Positions 9,233 through 15,719 of a stretch of DNA of 64,000 bases are shown one piece after another. The notes under the pieces were generated by a model. The model was not told where the DNA came from, ran no database searches, and saw only the letters and a program-made list of their open reading frames with translations. Position numbers and translations under genes: made by a program. The first letter of the stretch is position 1; every line of letters starts with the position of its first letter. The DNA is from Clostridia bacterium (GTDB lineage: Bacteria > Bacillota > Clostridia > Christensenellales > Aristaeellaceae). The DNA is taken from positions 5,907 to 69,906 of the forward strand of contig JAFXVJ010000012.1 of assembly GCA_017524615.1 (NCBI GenBank). The letters are read 5' to 3'.

Positions 9233-10543
9233 TTATTTTTCTTCGGGTGATTCGGATAAACGGCGCTCCGGCGAGCGCGACAGGACGATTTCGCCGATCC
9301 TTTCCATGGCGCTCTCCATCGGGATTTCCTCTTCTTCCTTGGTTTTCATATCCCGGATCTTCACCACGCCCCGCTCATACTCTTCGCCGCCCAGCAGCGC
9401 CACGTACCAGGCGCCGATCTTGTCGGCGTATTTGAACTGGGCCTTCAGGGACCGGCCGCTCAGATCGCAGTCGGCCTTGATGTTTTTGTCCCGCAGGGCC
9501 TGGGTGAAGGTGAAGGCGGGAATTTTCATGTCCGCGCCCAGGTTGGCCACGTATACTTCGGTGGCCGGCGGCGCGGGCGGCGTCAGCCCCTGGTTTTTCA
9601 GCTCCATCAATATGCGCTCCGCGCCGATGCCGAAGCCGGCCGCCGGGGTGGCCGGCCCGCCCAGCTGTTCCACCAGATTGTCGTACCGGCCTCCGCCGCA
9701 CAGCGCCAGCCCTTCCCGGCCGGACTGCATGATGATCTCAAACACCGTCTTGGTGTAATAATCCAGGCCGCGCACGATGTGGGGATCCACGGCGAAGGGA
9801 ATGTTCCGGGCCCTGAGCAGGGTCTGCAGCCCCTCAAAATGCGTTTTGCATTCGTCGCACAGGCAATCCAGGATCACCGGCGCGCCCGAAACGATCGCCT
9901 TGCACTTTTCTTCCTTGCAGTCCAGGATGCGCAGGGGGTTCTTTTCAAACCGGGCCTGGCAGGTTTCGCACATATCGTGGATGCGGTCGCCCAAATACTC
10001 TTTCAGCTTCTGATGATACACCGGGCGGCAGCTGGGGCAGCCGATGGAATTGATGTGCACCGTCAGGTTTTTGAGGCCCAGCCTGGTCAGGAGGCCGAAC
10101 AGGGTGGAAATCAGTTCCGCTTCCACCGTGGGCTCCTTGCCGCCGAAGCACTCCATGCCGAACTGGTGATGCTCCCGCAGGCGGCCGCTCTGGGGATTCT
10201 CATAGCGGAAAATGGGCGCGTTCAGATAAAACATCTTGCAGGGCAGCGCGTCCTGGAACAGATGGTTTTCAATGAAGGCGCGCACGGCCCCGGCGGTGCC
10301 CTCGGGCTTCAGGGTAATGGAGCGGTCGCCCTTGTCCCGGAAGGTGTACATTTCCTTCTGCACGATGTCCGTGGTGTCGCCCACGCCGCGCAGGAACAGC
10401 TCCGTGTGCTCGAACACGGGGGTGCGGATCTCCCGGTAGCCGGCCTTTTCGGCGGCGTATCTTTCTTCCTGCTCGATCCAGTGCCACAGGTAAGCATCCT
10501 GGGGAAGCATATCCCGGGTGCCTTTCGGCGCTTGTGTCAGCAT
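9233..10543 (-). CDS. hisS: histidine--tRNA ligase
   Basis: Start trimmed to the ATG at 10543 (GGAGGACGGCT upstream), giving MLTQAPKGTRDMLPQDAY, the canonical HisRS N-terminus. Class II motifs present (FRYENPQSGRLREHHQ, GGGRYD). Confidence 0.92.
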   Translation of the reverse strand: MLTQAPKGTRDMLPQDAYLWHWIEQEERYAAEKAGYREIRTPVFEHTELFLRGVGDTTDIVQKEMYTFRDKGDRSITLKPEGTAGAVRAFIENHLFQDALPCKMFYLNAPIFRYENPQSGRLREHHQFGMECFGGKEPTVEAELISTLFGLLTRLGLKNLTVHINSIGCPSCRPVYHQKLKEYLGDRIHDMCETCQARFEKNPLRILDCKEEKCKAIVSGAPVILDCLCDECKTHFEGLQTLLRARNIPFAVDPHIVRGLDYYTKTVFEIIMQSGREGLALCGGGRYDNLVEQLGGPATPAAGFGIGAERILMELKNQGLTPPAPPATEVYVANLGADMKIPAFTFTQALRDKNIKADCDLSGRSLKAQFKYADKIGAWYVALLGGEEYERGVVKIRDMKTKEEEEIPMESAMERIGEIVLSRSPERRLSESPEEK

Positions 10544-10556
10544 AGCCGTCCTCCTT

Positions 10557-10776
10557 AAAAAAATACGCCCATGCCTGCGCATGGGACGAAGTGACCTTCG
10601 CGGTGCCACCCAGCTTGCAGATGTTTCTGCCGCTTTTGCCCGATAACGCGGGGATGCGCCCGGTTTCCCGGGAGGCTCGGGGGTGTCCTGTCCGCGTTTG
10701 CGGCGCGCGTCTTTCAGCCGGTGAACGCGCTCTCTTTGCCCGCGGGGCGCGGATCCTGTCCCGTCATGGCCCTTGC
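10557..10776 (-). promoter_or_regulatory. T-box leader (tRNA-sensing transcription attenuator) of hisS-aspS
   Basis: Reverse strand carries the T-box sequence GGGTGGCACCGCG (10597-10609). It is immediately followed by a terminator hairpin, CCCATGC-gcag-GCATGGG plus a U-run (10557-10588). An AGAGAG motif lies in the 5' stem region, and His codons CAC and CAU are present in the Stem I region. Confidence 0.85.
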
Positions 10777-10782
10777 TGATCC

Positions 10783-10811
10783 ATTATAAAAGGAAAAGCC
10801 AATTCTGTCAA
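10783..10811 (-). promoter_or_regulatory. sigma-A-type promoter of the hisS-aspS T-box leader
   Basis: Reverse strand reads TTGACA (10811-10806), a 17-nt spacer, then TATAAT (10788-10783). Both hexamers are perfect consensus. Confidence 0.8.
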
Positions 10812-10848
10812 TAAAAAACTGGCGCCCCGCTTGTCAAGCGAAAGCGCC
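10812..10848 (-). terminator. intrinsic terminator downstream of the RsfA-like gene
   Basis: Reverse strand: hairpin GGCGC..CGCTT-gac-AAGCG..GCGCC followed by AGTTTTTTAT. Starts 20 nt after the stop at 10869. Confidence 0.65.
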
Positions 10849-10868
10849 GGTTCAGGCGGCCCCGGCCT

Positions 10869-11624
10869 TCATCCGGATATGCTTTCCAGCTGCGCCACAT
10901 GGCCGGCCAGCGCGGCGGAGAAAGCGGGCAGCAGGGGCGGACGGTCCTCCGGCGCGGCGCCCAGAAAGTCCTTGCAGCAGGCGATCAGGGCCCGGGAAGC
11001 CATCTGCAGATCCTCCACCTGCATGAGCAGCAGGTCCCTTTGCACCCGCAGGCGGTCGTTTTCCGGCACGGCGTTGGCGCGGCGGGACAGGGAGGAAAGC
11101 GCGTCCAGGATCCGTTTCACATCCGGATCGTCCGGCGTGGCGGGGGCCGCCAGGGGCGTTTCCCGGACCGTGACGGTCAGCGCGGGGCAGGGCAGGCCCT
11201 CCTGCTGCAATTCGCGGCAGGTTTGCTCGATCAGATCGGGCTTTTTCCGCAGGATGGAGCGGTATTTATTCTGATACCGCAGCATCAGCGCCCGGTCCCC
11301 GCCGGACATATCCATCACACAGGCCCGGACGGACTTGCCCTGGCCCCTCGCCATCAGCACCCGGCGCAGCAATTGATGGATTTCCTCCTCCGTGAAGGTT
11401 TCAAAGGGGGCCGCCCGGCGCAGGGATTCATCCGGGCAATCCCGGAAATGCAGATAATAATAATTCCGCACGCTGTTGGGCTTGCGGCCCAGGGCCTGGC
11501 CCATGCGCTCAAACACCCCCCTGAGGGGCTGGCCGCTCTCCGTGGCGCTGCGGATTTCCTGCCAGAGCAGATCGGTCTCTTCCTGCCGCCACCCGGCGTG
11601 CGTATGCTGTATGGTCTTCTCCAT
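10869..11624 (-). CDS. RsfA-like (Myb/SANT-type helix-turn-helix) putative transcriptional regulator
   Basis: Start trimmed to the ATG at 11624 (GGAGGGTGAATCC upstream). AGWRQEETDLLWQEIRSATESGQPLRGVFERMGQALGRKPNSVRNYYY resembles the Myb-like repeat of B. subtilis RsfA, and a second weaker repeat follows. The family call comes from memory of the motif only. Confidence 0.5.
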   Translation of the reverse strand: MEKTIQHTHAGWRQEETDLLWQEIRSATESGQPLRGVFERMGQALGRKPNSVRNYYYLHFRDCPDESLRRAAPFETFTEEEIHQLLRRVLMARGQGKSVRACVMDMSGGDRALMLRYQNKYRSILRKKPDLIEQTCRELQQEGLPCPALTVTVRETPLAAPATPDDPDVKRILDALSSLSRRANAVPENDRLRVQRDLLLMQVEDLQMASRALIACCKDFLGAAPEDRPPLLPAFSAALAGHVAQLESISG

Positions 11625-11748
11625 GGATTCACCCTCCGTCTGTTCCTGTTTTCTTCCATAGTATGCACGACGGATGGATAGAATATGCGATTTCACCGGA
11701 AAATTCAGCCAACCGGCGGAAAGAGCGCCCGGGTTATGGAGTTTTTGA

Positions 11749-11947
11749 TTCTTCATGGATTGTCAGGGGCACGAAAAACCTTCGGTGCCATCCCGAGCGA
11801 CGCGAAGCCGAAAGGCGAAGCGTCGCCGAGGGATCTGTGCGTGCATCCGGCAAACAGATCTTTCGACTCCCCCTCCGCTCTCGCTCCACGCCGCTCATGA
11901 TGACAATCAAAGCCCTTCCTTTCTCCCTGACCTTCCGTGAGGGACCA
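11749..11947 (+). repeat. structured intergenic repeat, copy A (about 200 bp)
   Basis: Aligns by eye along its whole length with 28239-28507. Shared blocks: ttcttcaYgg.ttgtcaggg, ccttcggtg.catcccgagcg.agcgaagccgaaaggcgaagcg, gccgagggatct, caaacagatctttcgactcc and cgctccacgccgctca.gatgaca. Contains nested inverted repeats. Confidence 0.8.
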
Positions 11948-11995
11948 TTTTATTTGTAAGCGCTCCGTGATAGCGTTAATAATATAGACAAGCAA

Positions 11996-12036
11996 AGCAA
12001 AACGCGCCTGCGGGGGCTGAAATGCCCGCAAGCGCG
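11996..12036 (-). terminator. intrinsic terminator of the LOG-family gene
   Basis: Reverse strand: GCGCTTGCGGG-catttcagc-CCCGCAGGCGC followed by GTTTTGCTTTGC. Confidence 0.65.
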
Positions 12037-12093
12037 TATCTCACGTATCGGATCAGTGTTTGACTGAGCAGATACGTTCTTTGCATGCTCGGT

Positions 12094-12648
12094 TTATTGG
12101 CCTGCACCGGCGCAGGCGTCCAGCTTTGCCAGCAGCGTTTCCATATCCTCCGCCACCGCAAGCCTGGCATAATCCGCATCGGTGAGAAAGCCATCCGCGT
12201 TGGCCCGGCGCAGCTGCATGAGCAGGCCGTCATAGTAATGGTTGAAATTCAGCAATCCAAAGGGCTTCACCCAGTTGCCCAATTGCGCTTGGGTGTACAG
12301 ATCGGTCAATTCATCCAGCGTGCCCATGCCGCCCGGCAACGCCACGCAGGCGTCCCCCCGGCGCACCAGGGCGGCCTTGCGTGCGGCGAAATCTTCCTCC
12401 ACGGCGTATTCGTCGCAAATCACCGCGCTGGGCGTACCGTCGAACTGGCGCACGTTGATGCCGATCACCCGGCCGCCCGCCTGCTGCGCGCCTTGGGCCA
12501 GATCGCCCATCAATCCCCAGTCACCGCTGCCGTACACCAGGTCGCGTCCCTGCCGGGCGATGATTTCCCCGGCCTCCCGCGCCATCTGCCGATAAGCGGG
12601 GGCGCAGTGCCGGGCGGACCCGCAGAACACCGTGATCGTCTTCAGCAT
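12094..12648 (-). CDS. LOG family protein (TIGR00730-type nucleotide 5'-monophosphate nucleosidase / lysine-decarboxylase-like)
   Basis: 184 aa with the PGGMGTLDELTD (PGGxGTxxE) motif, plus ITVFCGS and GSGDWGLMG motifs. Confidence 0.8.
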   Translation of the reverse strand: MLKTITVFCGSARHCAPAYRQMAREAGEIIARQGRDLVYGSGDWGLMGDLAQGAQQAGGRVIGINVRQFDGTPSAVICDEYAVEEDFAARKAALVRRGDACVALPGGMGTLDELTDLYTQAQLGNWVKPFGLLNFNHYYDGLLMQLRRANADGFLTDADYARLAVAEDMETLLAKLDACAGAGQ

Positions 12649-12662
12649 GCATCGTTTCTCCC

Positions 12663-13955
12663 TTACGCCTGCTTTTCCGTCAGCAGCTTTTTAGCGCTGG
12701 AAATGCGCACGCACAGGGTGAACAGCTCCATGGCGGTGGTTAGGTCCGGCAGGCTGGGATAGGTGGGAGCGATGCGGATATTGGAATCGTTGGGGTCTTT
12801 GCCGTAGGGCCAGGTGGCGCCGGCGGGGGTCATCACCACGCCCGCCTTCTTGGCCCGGGCCACGATATCCTTAGCGCAGCCGGGCAGCGAATCGAACATG
12901 ATGAAATAACCGCCCAGGGGCGTGGTCCAGGAGCCGATCTCCAGGCCGCCCAGGTTCTTTTCAAAAATGCTTTCCACCAATTCAAACTTGGGCCGAAGGA
13001 TATCGGCATGCTTGCGCATATGCTCCACCATGCCGTGAATATTGCCGAAAAAGCGCACGTGGCGCAGCTGGTTCACCTTGTCGTGGCCCAGGGTCTGCCG
13101 CCGCAGGTCCTCGATAAAATCTACCATGTTGTTGGGGCTGGTGGCCAGGGCGGCGATGCCGCTGCCGGGGAAGGTGATTTTCGACGTGGACGCAAATTTA
13201 TACACCATATCCGGGTTGCCTGCCCGCTTGCATTCCGCCAGGATCTCGATCAGGTAATCCTGCTTGTGATCGTACAGATGATGCATGCCGTAGGCGTTGT
13301 CCCAGAAAATGCGGAAATCGGGGGCGGCGGGCTCCAGCCGGGCGAAGCGGCGCACCGTTTCATCGGAATAGGAGATCCCCTGGGGGTTGGAATACTTGGG
13401 CACGCACCAGATGCCCTTGATGGTCGCGTCCTCCCGCACCAGCTGCTCCACCATATCCATATCCGGGCCGGTGGGAGTCATGGGCACGGGGATCATCTGG
13501 ATGCCGAAATATTCCGTGATGGCGAAATGCCGGTCGTAGCCCGGAACGGGGCACAGGAATTTGACCGTGTCCAGGCGGCACCAGGGGGTGTTGCCCATGA
13601 TGCCGTGGGTCCAGGCCCGGCTGATGGTGTCAAACATCACGTTCAGGGAAGAGTTGCCGTATATGATAATGTCTTTGGGGTTGTTTTCCATCATGTCGCC
13701 CAGCAGCTCCCGGGCCTCCTCGATGCCCGTCAGCTGGCCGTAATTGCGGCAGTCCGTGCCGTCCTCGCAGGTCAGGTCGGAGGAGGAATCCAGCACGTCC
13801 ATCATGGCCATGGACAGGTCCAGCTGCTCCTGACAGGGAATGCCCCGGCTCATGTTCAGGTTCATGCCCAGCGCCTGGATTTTCTTATACTGCGCCTTCA
13901 ATTGCGTCATTTCAGCGGTCAATTCTTCCACCGTCATCTCCGCATAGGGTTTCAT
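12663..13955 (-). CDS. class I/II fold PLP-dependent aminotransferase (about 430 aa)
   Basis: Start trimmed to the ATG at 13955 (MKPYAEMTVEELTAEM...); the track's upstream 79 aa are Arg/Gly-rich non-coding read-through. It has KYSNPQG and STSKITFPGSGIAAL, where the SxSK lysine is the PLP-binding site. Confidence 0.8.
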   Translation of the reverse strand: MKPYAEMTVEELTAEMTQLKAQYKKIQALGMNLNMSRGIPCQEQLDLSMAMMDVLDSSSDLTCEDGTDCRNYGQLTGIEEARELLGDMMENNPKDIIIYGNSSLNVMFDTISRAWTHGIMGNTPWCRLDTVKFLCPVPGYDRHFAITEYFGIQMIPVPMTPTGPDMDMVEQLVREDATIKGIWCVPKYSNPQGISYSDETVRRFARLEPAAPDFRIFWDNAYGMHHLYDHKQDYLIEILAECKRAGNPDMVYKFASTSKITFPGSGIAALATSPNNMVDFIEDLRRQTLGHDKVNQLRHVRFFGNIHGMVEHMRKHADILRPKFELVESIFEKNLGGLEIGSWTTPLGGYFIMFDSLPGCAKDIVARAKKAGVVMTPAGATWPYGKDPNDSNIRIAPTYPSLPDLTTAMELFTLCVRISSAKKLLTEKQA

Positions 13956-14067
13956 CGGTTTTATCCCTTCCTTCCCCCGTCTTGGCCCCTGGCCGGAGCG
14001 CTTTCCCTTTCCGCGCATCCGGGGTTTCTCTCCGTTCGCGGTCAAACGATCCGGCGAACGTTTATTC

Positions 14068-14096
14068 ATCTTATCACAAGATTGTGCGTTTTTCAA
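14068..14096 (-). promoter_or_regulatory. sigma-A-type promoter of the aminotransferase gene
   Basis: Reverse strand reads TTGAAA (14096-14091), a 17-nt spacer, then TAAGAT (14073-14068). This leaves a leader of about 105 nt. Confidence 0.5.
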
Positions 14097-14402
14097 CCCC
14101 GCCTGCCTCCTCCCGACCGCCGCCGCGCCGGACGGATAGGCCCGCCCCGCCCGCGGTTTTCCTTGCTTTTGCCGCTGCGCGGCCATCGGCATAGCTTATG
14201 TTCAAAATCTGTATAAAATCTCATCATCCCGCGGAAAAGACGGAATGGATACGGTTTTCCTATGGCATTCAAAAGAAAACAGAGAGGATCATCCTGACAT
14301 CATGCCGCTTTTCCGCCGCATTCCGCCGGGAATCATCAGGAAATCCCGTTCCTTATGCAGATTTCCGGCATTTTGCGGCGGAAAGGAGGCCCATGGGAAT
14401 AG

Positions 14403-14445
14403 AAAAAGGACCTATGCTTCATTGCTGAAGGATAAGTCCTTTTTT
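14403..14445. terminator. bidirectional intrinsic terminator (probably ends the ssrA primary transcript)
   Basis: AAAAA-AGGACCTAT-(16-nt loop)-ATAAGTCCT-TTTTT. The 9-bp stem has one G-U pair when read on the minus strand; on the plus strand that position is an A-C mismatch. It is flanked by an A-run on one side and a T-run on the other, and lies 95 nt past the mature tmRNA 3' end. Confidence 0.55.
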
Positions 14446-14539
14446 GCTGACTACTCACGGTCAGCAAGTGCGATCTCCAGGACGAACAGCCCGTGGGTCA
14501 TGTAAATGATCGGCGCTTTGAGTTCGTCCAGAGAAAAAG

Positions 14540-14886
14540 TGGTGGAGGTGAGGGGAATCGAACCCCTGTCCGAAGATTCAGCTGCATGGTTTTCTCCGAG
14601 CGCAGGCAGGGTTTTTGACATTCCCTCCGGCGCACGCCCCCTGTCGGGCTTGCGCGTTCAGTAGCCTCTTGAGCCGGGCGGCGGCGAGGCAATCGCCGCC
14701 CCGTTCCCTACATCAATGACGCCGGTTGGCTGAGCCGTAGGCGCTCAGTGCCGACGCGCCGCCATTAGGCAGCGAAAGCGAACTGATTGTTGTCAGTTGA
14801 TTTTAATTTCCCCGTTTTTACGCGGCCAGGGTCCGCGGCTCGCTTACCATACCTCCGACGATCCCCGTCGAAACCAGTGCACCCCC
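14540..14886 (-). ncRNA. ssrA: transfer-messenger RNA (tmRNA, SsrA)
   Basis: Reverse strand starts GGGGGTGCACTGGTTTCGACGGGG and ends GGACAGGGGTTCGATTCCCCTCACCTCCACCA. The acceptor stem has the G3-U alanine identity pair. The internal tag frame reads GACAACAATCAGTTCGCTTTCGCTGCCTAA (..DNNQFAFAA stop). It lies directly downstream of smpB. Confidence 0.92.
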
Positions 14887-14958
14887 ATGAATGCGGGCTG
14901 ACGCCCAACGGATGAAAGCGCGGCGCTCCTTTCGTGCCTGCCCAAAGGAACGCGCGCA

Positions 14959-15432
14959 TTACCCTTCCCGGTTGTTGGTGCGCACCATGCGGGCCAGATC
15001 GCGCTTCACATCCCGCTCCGCCATGCTGGCGCGCTTATCGTGCAGATGCTTGCCCACGCACACGCCCAGGGTCATTTTCATGCGGCCATCCTTCAAATAC
15101 ACGTCCAGCGGCACCAAGGCATAGCCCTGCCGCTGCACCTGGCCGCCCAGCTTGCGGATCTCGCTTTTGTGCAGCAGCAGACGCTTGGGCCGCAGCGGAT
15201 CGGTATTGAAGATGTTTCCCTGCTCATAGGGGCTGATGTGCATGCCCTGCACGAACACCTGCCCATCCTTCACCAGGGCGTAGCTTTCCTTCAGGTTCAC
15301 CTTGCCCTGGCGCATGGATTTGACCTCCGTGCCCTTGAGCTCAATGCCGCATTCGATGCTTTCCTCAACGAAAAAATCGTGGCGCGCCTTTTTGTTCTGG
15401 GCAATGGGCTTGATCCCCTTTTTCTTCGCCAT
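14959..15432 (-). CDS. smpB: SsrA-binding protein SmpB
   Basis: 157 aa, [30 protein letters not shown]...LLLHKSEI, the canonical SmpB sequence. Confidence 0.95.
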   Translation of the reverse strand: MAKKKGIKPIAQNKKARHDFFVEESIECGIELKGTEVKSMRQGKVNLKESYALVKDGQVFVQGMHISPYEQGNIFNTDPLRPKRLLLHKSEIRKLGGQVQRQGYALVPLDVYLKDGRMKMTLGVCVGKHLHDKRASMAERDVKRDLARMVRTNNREG

Positions 15433-15467
15433 GGACGCGCCTCCCTTCCCTTTGCGTCGCGAGGGGT

Positions 15468-15496
15468 ATTATAGCACATCCCCGGACAGATTGCAA
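15468..15496 (-). promoter_or_regulatory. sigma-A-type promoter of smpB
   Basis: Reverse strand reads TTGCAA (15496-15491), a 17-nt spacer, then TATAAT (15473-15468), about 35 nt upstream of the smpB start. Confidence 0.65.
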
Positions 15497-15719
15497 TCCT
15501 GTACGGGCTGGATCAGGGTGAACCGCTGGTTCAAAAGAATCATATGCCTGTGCAGGAATTTTCTATTGACTTTCTTTTTTGTATTATTTGTCATAGATGT
15601 GTATCGGAATTTCATAAACATATGTTCAGGCGGTTATTATATAATAGAAACAGTTGGAGGGAGCAAATGAGCCGCATCCTCCGCGCCGTCATTTCCAAAT
15701 ATGAAAGGAGAAAAAAGGT

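Noticed and set aside
10544-10609. Long N-terminal extensions in track ORFs: hisS to 10609, aminotransferase to 14192, RsfA-like to 11756, GH13 to 21705, SBP from 21974, miaA to 49475, YczE-like to 37036, radical SAM to 62185, and others.
   Set aside because: The extensions are Arg/Pro/Gly-rich read-through of leaders and lack an RBS. In each case an internal start has a good Shine-Dalgarno sequence and restores the canonical family N-terminus. The hisS extension would also run through the T-box terminator.
11663-11959. ORFs of 60-197 aa spanning the two repeat copies (11663-11959, 11685-11900, 11753-12031, 28236-28829, 28244-28549).
   Set aside because: They are open in several frames and on both strands at once, have no RBS, and give Arg/Ser/Pro-rich products. 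The conservation pattern follows inverted repeats rather than codons.
13956-14067. About 105-nt aminotransferase leader with the stem CGTTCGC...GCGAACG and a GGAGAGAAACCCC segment, considered as a glycine or other amino-acid riboswitch.
   Set aside because: It does not contain the glycine, lysine or SAM core consensus as I recall them, and has no terminator or obvious sequestering helix.
14393-14428. 11-codon ORF MGIEKGPMLHC after AAAGGAGG, considered as a real micropeptide gene.
   Set aside because: The SD-to-ATG spacing is only 3 nt and no plus-strand promoter was found. It is reported only as part of the orphan-spacer observation.
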